Notes: generated by a model from the sequence alone, not told the origin. A stretch of DNA of 64,000 nucleotides from Antechinus flavipes (GCF_016432865.1 NC_067401.1:467232001-467296000); one strand, 5' to 3'; shown: positions 26,282 through 38,191, counted from the stretch's first letter. Made by a program: numbers and translations.

Positions 26282-26633
26282 TGTAAAGGGCTTAAACTCT
26301 GAGTTGATGCACTGGAATCAGACAACCGAGCACTTAAGGCTAATTACCGATTGGATAGTATTCTATTAGCATATGCTTGGAAACTGGCTCTTCTCACTCT
26401 TCTGTGCTGGCTTGATCTTTTGGTGTAGACAGAGAATTGTGGGAATGATTAGGGGGTGGAGTAAGACAAGCCAGACTCACTTGGTGGTAGTCAAGGAGAA
26501 GAGAGGCGGTGGAGATCCTGTATCCATCCCTTTCACTTCTATCCCTAAAGACCAAGAATAAAGACCAAGGACTTTTGCTTATCCTGACTCTGGCTGATTC
26601 CAAGGTATCCAGGGTGCTAACTCGTTCTTCACA
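26282..26633 (+). mobile_element. Solo ERV LTR (family A, copy 1)
   Basis: TG...CA termini; 6-bp TSD GCTGTC/GCTATC (one mismatch); AATAAA at 26557-26562; collinear with the reverse complement of 57694-58045. Confidence 0.85.
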
Positions 26634-26874
26634 GCTATCTGTTATGAAGTTAAACTCAGTTCTGCAACAAATTCAACTACTTATAAGGGAATCAGATTCA
26701 CATTTTTAATTTTGTAGTGGGGAAAATACCAGATTATTATTCTAGATTATAATTTACAATCAGGAAATTATTCTGATTCCAGTTCTAACTCCAACTATCT
26801 GTCTATGCTTAAATAGATTCCTCTGGATATCAATTTACTCTTCTGTGAAATTAGAGGGTTAGACCTAATGATCT

Positions 26875-27065
26875 TGTAAGGTTTCCTCTAGTACTAACAT
26901 TCAACATTCTAATGTCCCTTCTAGTATTCATGTTCTGCATTCTAGGGTCTCTTCCATCCCGTGACTAAAGATTTCTTCTAGCTCAGACAGTCTGTGTTCT
27001 GAAGTGTCTCAGAGCTTTGACATTCTATGTTCTAGGGGCAATACCAGCTCAAATAATTTATGGTC
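26875..27065. repeat. Degenerate ~32 bp minisatellite of the same family
   Basis: TTCTAATGTCCCTTCTAGTATTCATGTTCTGCA TTCTAGGGTCTCTTCC... follows a CORE-SINE core at ~26800-26875. Confidence 0.6.
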
Positions 27066-28139
27066 GGAGGTTTGAAAACTTTTAAGTTTATAATTTCTAA
27101 GAACCAGTTTAAATATATTTTGCATCTCTGTTTTCACACCACACTAAGTACATCTTGAAAAGGAGAAATTATTTACAATTAATTATATCATTTCCAAATC
27201 CGCAACAATAAAAATAAAACTTGATTATGAAATAAAGAAAATTAATCAAAGTAAAAACATTCTACTTATTTCCTTGGACAAAATTAACTAATATAAAAAA
27301 CAATCACTCCAATGAAGAGATGAAAAATGCCTCTTAATAAGAAAATTATTTAATTAGAAAACATTAAATTTTAGTTAGCAGAGAAACACGATAGCCAAGG
27401 GAGACTCTAGTTTAGAATGCAGTCTCATTTGCAAAACATTATGAAAAGAAAGACTGAAGCTATAAACAATATTATCTTACTGAACAGTACACAGTAGTTG
27501 AGAAAGTGAACCTGTAGAAAGCTTGGTTTTGAGTTCAGTTAAAGCTAAACTGTGCCCATATGATCCAAACATAAAAACAAATATTATTTCACTTGAACCT
27601 GACAACAACCCTTTGATATAGTATCCTCCTTTTTATAATTTAGGAAACTGAGGCAAATTAAGGTTAAATTATTTTTTTTAGGAACTTACAGCTAGTGAAT
27701 CTCTGAGATGAAATTTGAACTCAGATCATCCTTTCCGGCCCAGCATGATATACAATGTGTCTTTTAGCTATCCAGGTCATTTTATTTATGCTTGTATTGC
27801 CGCATCAAGTACAGTGACTGGCATCTAGTAGATGCTGAATAAATACTTGTTGATTTATTGATTAATATACCCCAGAGGCAAGAGGGAGCCATGAGAATAA
27901 GTAGTGAATGACAGTAGGCTCTGTTCTTGGTGCTGAAGCATGGTACAGAGCCATCCATGCTCTAGTAATAATGGTTTTGCAGCTGTGTGGAGCATGTGTT
28001 AGAAGGAAATGAGACTGAGGACAGTGACTGTGCAGGTAAATAGTAACCAGTGTGACAGTAGCATGAGATTATATATATATATATGTATATATACATATAT
28101 ATATAAAATTTAGATAGACTTGTGGACTTGAAACTAGAA

Positions 28140-28208
28140 GAGAAGGAAAGAAGGAAGGAAGGAAAGAAAGAAGGAAAGAAGGAAAGAAGGAAGGAAGGGA
28201 GAGAGGAA
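28140..28208. repeat. (GGAA/GAAA)n microsatellite
   Basis: Read directly from the sequence. Confidence 0.9.
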
Positions 28209-29504
28209 GGGAGTTGGTGTTGTGTTGGTTTAGAAAGTTACATGGATGGTAAGTGGAAACAAAGGGTTCCATAAAGAGCTGATTTGAATATGCATCCAGG
28301 AATGGAAAGGGGTGGGGAGGCATGAGAAGTCTACCTTCAGGAGTGAGGGGGATGATAGAAGATGGTTGGGGACAAATGTCAAGTAGAGTTAACCAACCAC
28401 TGACTGGTACCTCAGGGCTCATGGTCAATGAGTGGCTCAAGTTCACCAGGACAGGGAGTCTACACAGCTGATATGGGAGGGCTCCAAAGGGAAGGATGTG
28501 AGGCCGACAGCTGGAAGGAAGCTGAGGAAATGGCAGTGTCAGACCTGTGTGTGATCCTCTGGTCCTGCTCCTTCATTTTGCATAGGAGGAAGCCATCACT
28601 AAAGCTTGTTGAGTGACTGGTCTTAGGTCAAGGATGAGAGCACGGAGAGGGGTCCATCTGCCCTTTTCCAACTTGTTCTCCTGGATCATGTTTTGGTCCC
28701 AAACTTGGCTGCAACCTGCCCTTTGGCTGAGGGTTTCACTGATTACATGAAGCCATTTTTTTTGATTAAACCAAACAAGGAAGGTGAGCAGAGAGCAAGG
28801 AAACAAGGAAGGCCCAACTGAGGGTCTGAACCTCCTGAATGATCCTGAGATGGGACTGAGGAAGCTGGACTGAGATTCTTCCTGCGTCCTCATACGCCCA
28901 CAGCCATCAGCATGGCCAGCACTCAGGAACACTCTTGTGGAGACTTTAAGGCCTCTCTGAGCATCTATTTAACCCCTCAAAGTCACGCCATGATACCATG
29001 CCCTAAGGTTAGGAGGACAGCCTAGCTTGGGCCCCTGTCTTTAAGCAGAACCCTTCCCAAAGTGCTCCAGACAGAAAAAGAGTGCTGAGTACCTGGCCTT
29101 CACACGCAGTGCTCCCCCTGTGGTGTCTGAGCCATGGCGAGAGAATTCCCAATGCCGCTCTGCTCAGTCTCCTCCACTCTGTTCTTAAAATCCCTGACTT
29201 CCTTCCAAAGTCAGTTCTTTAGCCATCTTTCCCTATAACCCCAATGTCTTGTGTTTCCCCCAGTTACCTTGGATTCATACACATTCATACTTATATTGTG
29301 CGTGTTCATATATAAACACATGAAGGTACATGTATAAGCATATCTTTATATTTAATATATGTATAAATATAGGTTGTATGTATATGGAGATATGTACATC
29401 TAATCTTTAACCAATGGGAGTTTCTACAATAATTTAAATTGATGAGATTTGACCTTTCAGGTTTATCAAGTTTCTCAAGAAAGTGGATGCTGGCTGGGGT
29501 TACA

Positions 29505-29770
29505 ATGTTGTTTTATTTTGGCACGTTTCAGTCCTGTGCATCTCTTCCTTGACCCCATTTTTCTTGGCAACAGGTTTTCTTGGTAAAGATACTCTGGTGA
29601 TGTTTGCCATTTCATTCTCCAGCCCATTTGAGAGATAAAGAAATTGAGGCAAACAGGTTTAAGTGACTTGCCCAGGTCACATGGTTATGAAGTGCCTGAG
29701 GCCATATTTGAACTCTTGAATCTTTCTTATTTCAAGGTGATTGATCCACTGTACCACCCAGCTGCCCCTA
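29505..29770 (-). mobile_element. Mar1-type CORE-SINE
   Basis: Reverse-complement head TAGGGGCAGCTGGGTGGTACAGTGGATCAATC, CORE motif and GGAGAATGAAATGGCAAAC tail. Confidence 0.7.
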
Positions 29771-30101
29771 GGGTTATAAAGGTCAAGATAATTACAAGAC
29801 AAAAAAAAATGAACTTTAGGCAAATTTTTCTGGAATATGGATGGTAGATGAAATTTATAAAAACAGGGAATATTAAATACAGCCTGATAAAGTCTGAACA
29901 AAACAGAATTAAAATCACTTTTTAATTGTACACAAGTCTAATGACCATTTACTTCTTCAAAACCTTACAGCCAGAAGGCTCTTGATTCCGATGACCAAGT
30001 TCTCAAGTTTGCTACAGAAACATAGAGTCCGATCAATCCAAATACCACGATTAAACTGATTGCTTGTTTTTGAACACACGAGACATGTAAAAAAGAAATA
30101 C

Positions 30102-30229
30102 CTAATCCTCCAGCATGAGCGTCAATAAGTGATGCAGCCACAGCAATCCCTGTAGGGAGGCCCAGTTCCTTCGCAGCCTCTGGGGTGAGACCTTGCCAAG
30201 AGAATCTCCGGGAGACAGCACTTGGGTTC
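30102..30229 (-). CDS. FGGY: Internal coding exon of FGGY carbohydrate kinase domain-containing protein (probably equivalent to human exon 7), with an apparent 1-nt frameshift
   Basis: Minus strand reads ...tgtctgtccAG|GA ACC CAA GTG CTG TCT CCC GGA GAT TCT CTT GGC AAG then GT CTC ACC CCA GAG GCT GCG AAG GAA CTG GGC CTC CCT ACA GGG ATT GCT GTG GCT GCA TCA CTT ATT GAC GCT CAT GCT GGA GGA TTA G|GTattt. This gives (G)[12 protein letters not shown] / [31 protein letters not shown], matching human FGGY as recalled ([44 protein letters not shown]). Phase-1 acceptor and donor are canonical. The two halves lie in different ORF-track frames (30102..30305 and 29965..30324). Confidence 0.92.
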
Positions 30230-30232
30230 CTG

Positions 30233-30256
30233 GACAGACAGACAGACAGACAGACA
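30233..30256. repeat. (GACA)6 microsatellite, i.e. (TGTC)6 on the FGGY sense strand directly before the acceptor
   Basis: Read directly from the sequence. Confidence 0.95.
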
Positions 30257-31514
30257 AGAAAATCCAAACCAAACAGAAGAACAAAAAACAGATATGAGTT
30301 GTCAAGATTTTTTTCCCCCCACAACAGTATTTCCCTCCTCCAAATTTATGTTAAATACAGAATTCTCTGCCTCGGTTTCCTTAATTGTAAAATGGGAATT
30401 ATAATGGTATCTCCCACCCAGATTTGTTGTGAAGATTAAATGGGATCAAGGAGTAGACGCTTTAATATATGCATCAGTTCTGGATTGAGGGTAAAAAGAA
30501 ACCTTAGAAGGTAATCCAGCCTTCCTCCTTGAGAAACAAGAATCCTACACCTGGAAAACGACTCGATCAAATTCTCACAGATAGTAAGCCACCAAGGAAG
30601 AGTGAGAGCTCCTTAGTCACCAGATTCTAGCTCTTCCCATTGGACCGTGATTCCTCTCAGCAGATCAGTGAAGTCTAGTTGCTTTTATTAAAGACTTAGG
30701 TGTGAGGGCCTCCCTATTTGAATATCAATCTTCAGAATACTTCTACAGGCCCAAAGGGCAGCTCAAACATATGGAAAATTCCATTCAGAGGAAACCCATA
30801 ATATGCTTAATGCAACTCATCCAGTTGTAAAAAAAAAAAAATAAAATAAAACATTTCTGAGACTGATGTTAAATAAATATTCCTTTAAACTCACACATCC
30901 ACACAAACAATACTCTTCCTGAGGGGAATATATTTGTAGTGATAGGGAACTGGAGGAAGTCCACTTTGGGAATCACTTCCTGCCAAAGGAAAAAGGGTCT
31001 AGTTGTTCCCCCATAACACAATTACAAAAAGGGGCTTTCTCAGAATGAAAAGAAAAGCTCTCTTAAATCTGTGGGCTAATAACCAAGTCATCAGAACGCT
31101 CCGATGAGTCAGGAGTTACCATACTGAATGCTTTCCTATGGAGTCTGGACTATGTTAACAACTGTTCAGTTTGAAGGCTCTACCCTTGATCTTGGTTGGT
31201 GGTACAACCTTACAGGGGAGGAAAAGGTTATACACGTGAAATAATATGATACAGGTTAGAACTCATCAATCAACATTTTCCCCTATATGAGAAGTTCTAA
31301 GTAAAGACTATTTATTTTGTACCTCTCTCCCCTGAAATGAGTACGTTTTATACCAATGTCTATTGATGAAACATCAGATAATTAATAGGCAATATGGAGC
31401 TTTGATATCTGTGAATAATAGAATCATCTTTTTGAACTGAAAGATCTTTCAAAGGTTTTCTATTTTAATCTTTTATTTTTATAAATAAGAGGAATTTTGT
31501 ACAGAGAAGTTGCC

Positions 31515-31770
31515 TAGAGTAAGCAAAGAGAACAGTGGTTAGAGTGTGGGACCTGAAGTCAAGAACTGAGTTCAAACCTATTTTCAAATGCTCACTAGCT
31601 ATGTGATCCTAGACAAACCACTTAACCTCTATCTGCCTTTGTTTCCTTAATAATAAAATGGGGGATCATAATAGTACCTCTCTCCCAGATGTGCTGTGGT
31701 GATGAAATGTGATTATATTTTTAAAAGCTTTTTGGCAAAAAGTAGGCACTTTAATATATGTTTGTTCCTT
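31515..31770 (+). mobile_element. MIR-family SINE
   Basis: Head AGTGGTTAGAGTGTGGGACCTGAAGTCAAGAACTGAGTTCAAA, core and tail. Confidence 0.7.
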
Positions 31771-32206
31771 TCCTATTTGCCCATCCCTCGTCAAGCTCAT
31801 ATAGTTTGTAAACTGCAATGATAAGAATAAATTATTATCTCATGTAAGTCTCATGAAAATTTGGTGAGGTAGGGTCTACTTACAGGTACTATTATCTCCA
31901 TTTTTACAGACTAGGAAACTGAGAATCAAAAAGTTTAAATGCTTTCCCACCCACCCCCACCCCATCACAGGCTAAGTATCAAAAGAAATGAATAAATCTG
32001 TGCCGAGCACAGATACAAATGTGAAAATATAAAAGCATCAACAGGCCCTGCCCTTACCAGTTTTTTTTTTTTTCCCCCCAGTGGCACAAGAAAATATACA
32101 TAAACAGTAGTAATCAGGAAAGGGAGTTATGACTTAGAAAGTCACTAGATGGTGAGAAAATGAGAAAACAATCCATTCCCAAAAAGTGGTGGTTATTTGA
32201 TTACAA

Positions 32207-32335
32207 TTCTCAGACAAAGAGATAGAAGTTCTCAGATAAAGAGATGGACATTCTCAGATAAAAAGATGAAAGTTCTCAGTAAAGAGATGGGAGTTCACAG
32301 ATAAAGAGAAAGAAGTTCTGAGGTAAAGAGATGGA
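32207..32335. repeat. 21-22 bp minisatellite, 6 copies
   Basis: Consensus TTCTCAGATAAAGAGATGGAAG. Confidence 0.85.
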
Positions 32336-35121
32336 AAGATGGAGTTGGGGACAGGATCAATAGGACAAGAAATGCAGATTCTGAAGGAATGTCATTTTAA
32401 GTGCTTAGTTTCTCTCAGGAATAAACTCTGGAGGTCTGGTGACTGGAAGAGTCAGCAGCATGGTAAAAGGCACAAAGATAGGGTAGATGATAGCTACTAG
32501 TACAGTTACAGTAAGAGGACTTGGGTTTGTAGTGTTGTTCTGTGGTGAATCAATCAAGCATCTTGCCAGGATTTCTAAGAAGTGAGAAAGGGACCATTTG
32601 CAGATTCCTTCTAGCTGTGATATGGAAGGGAAGGGAAGGGAAGGAAAGGGAAGAGGAGGGAAGAGGAGGGAGAAACATTTATTAAGCATTTCCTATGCAT
32701 CGGGCACTATGCCATTCAACAAGGATGCAAAAAACAAAAAACAAAAAACAAGGTAGTTTTTGTGGGCGTAAGCATCACATAAATGGAACTCAACAACAGC
32801 CAAGGGAGGCAGAGGATGATGATCAGAATGGAGACTGCCTGACTTGGAAGTGTCTGGGAGATGGCTAGTGGCCTCGGGTCAGTTGAGATAAGGTAGAAAA
32901 GCTCATGTATCAGAGCCCAGGATGGCAGGAGCAGAGTGGAATGAAGATGAGAAGCAGGGTTCCGAAGGCGTGGTTTGCTTCAGTGACCTGAAGTTCTCCA
33001 TCAGCCAAAGATATCCTCTGTCCCCTCCAGGCCGAGGCAACGAGACCCTCAGCCAAAGTTGGGTGAAGTTGATGGATGGTTCTGTCTGGTGCGCTGATGA
33101 GGTCACAGCTCCTTCGGCTGGTAGGCTGGAGAAAGGCTCCCTGGCTTGGACCTGCCAGGAACTGAGCCGTGGGATCTTGAAGATTGGGCAGTTCTCTCTG
33201 CTTGTGTGCCAGGATCTTGACTCTTGGAACTTAGCTAAGCTGAGATCATCTGTCTGGAAGTTCACGTTGATGCTATAGATCCCAGTCCAGCCATGCTTCT
33301 CCATCTTGTGTTTTGTTGTCCACAAGTTCACTCCAGGAAAAAAACATCCAACATCATTCACCTGATGTCCCAAGAATACAAATGGGAACTTAACCCATTC
33401 ACTTGTTTTCTCTTATTCTTGCCATATAAATCCAATATAAATCCAAACTGCCTCTCTGATCTTCCTAAGAAACATCCATGAAGGCACTGGAAATAGTTCT
33501 CTATCCTTGTCCTCCACAAGCTTAGATTCTCCTGGATTTGTTCCATGGGGCAAGTCTCAAAATTAAGTTGATGAACAACACATCTGATTTTTCCAGCTTT
33601 ATTCATAGCCCAGCTAAAAACCCCTTCAAGAAGCCTTTTCCAATCCCCCTTCCTGTTAGCACTTTCCCTCTGGGACCAGGCCATGTTCAGATCTCTCTTG
33701 TACACACATTTGTTCGCATGTTGTCTCACCTAATAGATTTTTAGCTCCTTGAAAGCAAGAATTGTCTTTGCCTTAGAATTCGCTGCACTTAGCACAGAAC
33801 TTCCCACGTAGTCAATATTTAACAAATGCTTGTCCGCTTGACTGGGAGACCCAGTTATTTCTGTTTGGGTTATTATAGAGCCAGGCATTCTAGGCTACAG
33901 TGACTCTGATCAAGTGGAGCCCAGGGAATTGTAGCCCATCAAAGAGCTGAGGATTGTTATAATATTTAATCAATCAACAAGAAAAAATTAAGCTCCTACT
34001 ATGTGCTAGGTATTATTCCTGCTACTGGGAATAAAAAGTAAAGATAATGAAGCAATTTTATTTTCAGTGGGTTTATTCCCAATGTGCAATGTCAACTGAA
34101 TAAATATAAATAAATAAATAGTAGTTAAGTAAAAGTTAGTTTGGGAGGGCATTAGCAGTAAGGAGGACTAGGAAATGATTCTTATAGAAGGGTAGGTTTG
34201 AGCTCTTTAAGAAAGTGATAGAATCTGATGTGGAATCAAAGGAGTGCATTCTAGACAAAAGCTCGGCAACGTGGGAGGAGCAAGACCAGTTGGCCAGATT
34301 GCATTGGATTGCTCTTTTGTGCTCATACTCCATTTATCTCAGTTCTTATTAACATCTCCTTGACATCACTTTGAAATGTTTTTCTCCATGCTGTCCTACC
34401 TAGAAAGCCATCTCCTGGAACAAAGAATAGTATTTATACTTTTGATTGCCTTGTGGGTGGCTGTTACCATTTCTGAGATGCCATATTTTCTTCTACATCC
34501 AAAGGAAATTCCAGATATGTACCTGTGGTCTAGAGTGTGTAATGGTGGAAGGTAGAATGGGAACAGAGAACACATATTAGAATCCTGGAAGCAAGAACAC
34601 AAATAGGGAATGGTTGATCAACACGGGAAGGCTCGGGGACCAAGACAGCATAAGAGATTCTAGTCCTTTGGATAATAGGTGGCCAACAGGGAGGCTTGGA
34701 AATAAAAAAAGAAGAGAAAGCCTGAGGGCCAAAGGCCAAGGTTCCATCACATCAAATGGATGACAACCCCAGGCAATCAACAGGAGAAGATGAGAAATGT
34801 CTCACAAGCTACAAGGATGTACCACATAAATGATCAAAAATCATCATATATATGAGAACAAATCATCATGGCTTACTTAGGTGAATGCTGAATCAAAAGT
34901 CAGGGGACCAGAACTTTGACTTGTTACATTTGGGGTCAAAGGTGAACCAGTAGAACCTGCCCATATTACAGATGAGGAAATGGAGGCCCAGAGAGAAGCA
35001 ATTTGCCTAAGGTCTTTCAGGAAGAAGCTAGATTTGAAGTCTTTCAGGGTGACTCTTTTCAGGTTTATTTCATGTTACCTCTCCTTTTATATACTGGACT
35101 ACATTCTGTTTCCTATACTTA

Positions 35122-35345
35122 ATTTTGTTTAGTCATTTTTCAGTCATGTCCACTCTCCTACCCCATTTGAGATTTTCTTAGCAGAGATACTGAAATAGTT
35201 TGCTGTTTCCTTCTCCAGCTCATTTTACAGATGAAAACCTGAGGCAGAAAGTAATGACTTACCCAAAAATCATACAACTGTAAGTACCTGAGATTTGAAC
35301 TCAGGGTTTGCTGACACTCTATCCATTATACCACCTAGGTATCCA
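35122..35345 (-). mobile_element. Mar1-type CORE-SINE
   Basis: Plus strand TTTCCTTCTCCAGCTCATTTTACAGATGAAAACCTGAGGCAG is the reverse complement of the CORE/tail junction. Confidence 0.7.
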
Positions 35346-36744
35346 TCTACCATTTTGATGTCATTGCTCAGCTGTATACCATATATGCAATGTTCTCCCT
35401 CCTTACTTTCATCTGTAGGAATCCCTGGCTCCCATAAAAGCTTAACCCAATTGTCACCTTCTATGTGAAACCGTTCCTGATTCCTTCAATGATGTTAGAG
35501 CCTCCCATTAGGCAATTACATTGTATTTGCTGTGGAACAAGCAATGGGGTTTCACCTTGATATGATTAATGGACAGGGAGCAGTAAAGTTTAGTTAGAGC
35601 TCAGAGCTAAAAACAAATAACAGTTTGAGATCAGGTTAGACTGCTAAACTGAAGATAATTAGCTAGCATTCGTGTTTTGCGAGAGGTAAGCCCTATTAAG
35701 ATTGCCATTTTCAGAGTTGAGGAAACTGAGGCAAATAAGAATTAAACAATTTAATTAGATTCTCCCAAATAGGAAGCATCTGAGGCCGGATTTGTATTTG
35801 AATCTTTCTGACTTCAGGCCCAATATTTTATCTCCTGTAACACCTGACAGATCAGAAGACTCTGAATTTCAAGCTAGAGTTAGACTCTATAGAAGTGGCA
35901 ATGGGAAATCACTGGGCACTGGAATGACATGATCCCATCAGTTTCTAGGGCAGATTAACCTGGCATTGGTGTGTCAATGCACTGCCATTGAAGAAAAAGA
36001 TTGCTGGCTATTGCTGATTTTTGTTGACTTGTCAGTGTGAAAGAAATATCTGTACTATCACTCATTAATGGTTCAGTTGGGATGATTAGCAGGTACATCC
36101 TTGGAACATCCAATCCTTTTTTTCCCTCAGTATATCTGATTGTGTTCCATTTTAATCACAACAAGAGGTTGTTATTATTTTTTTAAAAAATGATAAATTC
36201 CCAAAGAAATTCAAATAATCAGGATTTTCTGGTGCTCTCAGATCAACTTTTAGAATCATCCAATCAAGCAGTACATGTTTTTTAAGCACTCATGGTGATG
36301 GGCATTGGAGATAAAGATAAGAATGAAAATGACCACATTCTCACAGAGTTTACAGTTTTTACTGAAAAAAAAACAACACAAAAGAACTGAAGGCACAACT
36401 AAATACAGGGTTCTATTATGGCTGACCAGGTGCCAAGTACAATGCAGAAGGATCTAAAATAGAAATGCAAAAAGCAAAACCAATTTCTTCCCTCAAAATA
36501 TTTATAAGTCTAATGGAAATAAGCTATGAGAAATTTAATTTAAAAAGCAAAGCTACTTCCGGTTATGGTTTAGCATCCATGTTCAAGTCACCATTGACTT
36601 TATTTTTTTTTTTCTTTCATGCCCAAACAGTCACAAAGTCCTATCTTTGTTTTCTTTGCAATAGCTCAGTGTCTTGAGATCTACGTTGGGCTAAGGAAAA
36701 AGGCTGATACTAGAATGGACATCCTCTCCTTTTCAACTAATCAG

Positions 36745-36960
36745 CTAGATGATGCAGTAGAGAAATCAGGAAAACCTAAGTTTAAATCTAACTTCAGATA
36801 CTTAGGAAACTGTGCTATCCTAAGCAGGTTCCTTAACTTCTATCTGCCTCAGTTTCCTCATCTGTAAAATAGAATTAATAATATGATCCACAACACAGGG
36901 TTGTTAAATGAGATTTGGGAAGCACTTAGCACAATGATCAACACATAGTAAGAATAATAC
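36745..36960 (+). mobile_element. MIR-family SINE
   Basis: CTTAACTTCTATCTGCCTCAGTTTCCTCATCTGTAAAATAG core and MIR tail. Confidence 0.7.
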
Positions 36961-37480
36961 TTATTTAATTAAATTTAATCTCAAACTATTTTTTTTTTGT
37001 TTTGAGCTCTGATCTCTGGCTAATAAATTTAAATTAAATTAATTTAATTAATACTTAATTAATAAATTCTTCTCCTCTTCCCTGACCACTTCAGGTGATG
37101 TAAAACTGAAATGAAACAGTCTCTACCTGAAAGGGATTAAGTTCAATCAAAGAATATATGCAAGGCAATTTAGGCCAAGGGCTTGGAGTTAGAAAATGAG
37201 CTTCTTGAAGGCAGGACTATGTTATTTTTGTGTTTGTTGTCTCAGAGGGTTGCATAGTGCCCAATTTAGAGTAAGAATTGAATAACTAACTTTTCATTCT
37301 TTGACCCTTAAGTTCACCTCTTCCTTCTTCTTCTTATTATTATCCTTATTTCATTCCAGTTGAATATTAATTATAGCATAATACTAAATTCATCACTGTA
37401 TTCCTTTCCCAAAACATTCTGGCTAATAATATTTTAGCATTTTCTGTCTTAAATAGTGATACATATATAATTTATTTATT

Positions 37481-37597
37481 TTTCTGCAGCAATTAGGTCA
37501 CACAGCCAGGAAGTGTTAAGTGTCTGAGACCAGATTGGAACTCAGGTCCTCCTGACTTCAGGGCTGGTGCTCTATCCACTGCACCACCTCGATGCCC
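37481..37597 (-). mobile_element. WSINE1-type SINE with internal deletion
   Basis: Close match to 59930-60063 (AAGTGTTAAGTGTCTGAGACCAGATTGGAACTCAGGTCCTCCTGACTTCAGGGCTGGTGCTCTATCCACTGCACCACCT). Confidence 0.85.
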
Positions 37598-38191
37598 TGA
37601 TACATACATAACTTAAAATAAAACTTTGGGGATGTATGTGGAAAGGCATAATCAGGGAAGGGCCGATGTGCTGTGTTCCATAGCAGAAGATCTAGAGAGT
37701 GAGCATAGAGTACTTCATGCCCTACTTTTTTGTCCTGATGTAGCCTTGAGAATCTTGTTTCTTCTATTAATGATCTCAATCTAGATGAGTTGACCCTTGA
37801 CCCACTGGAGGCTACCACCTATACTTGCACCAGGGGAGGAAATGTTAGCTATGTTTCTATGCAGGTATCACCACAGCCTTGCTCCTCAATAGTAAAGCAG
37901 GTAAAGGAGCCCAGGGGACTCCAAGCTGACACATCTGCCACCATTTTCCTAAAACATGTCTCCTAATCCCTTCAGGGGTTGACAGCACAATTGTGCAGGT
38001 GGCTCATGAATTCCCCCAGGTCCTTCTAAACCGAAACCCTTTGCACATCATTGTTAGAATTGAAACCAATCAAAAGCTACGGTGCACAATTATTGGATGG
38101 TTTGGTCTTCAACTACCCAACCAACCGCCAGATTGGGGTTACTATTACACAAAATCCTTCCCTAACAGTTTTTCAATTATTTACGTCTAAT

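Larger units (their letters stand above)
1..30101 (-). other. FGGY: FGGY intron downstream of the exon (probably intron 7)
   Basis: GT donor at 30101-30100. The next exon (VIGADV...ICGTSSCHMG) was not found by eye in 1-30101. FGGY introns are tens of kb long in mammals. Confidence 0.6.

Noticed and set aside
32990-33200. Faint resemblance of the 156-aa ORF (PIF...DRGYLW) to the filovirus VP35 C-terminus (PIF...DRGWVC)
   Set aside because: The motif spacing differs (~55 versus ~36 residues) and nothing between the motifs matches, so this is most likely coincidence. The region is kept only as an unidentified island.
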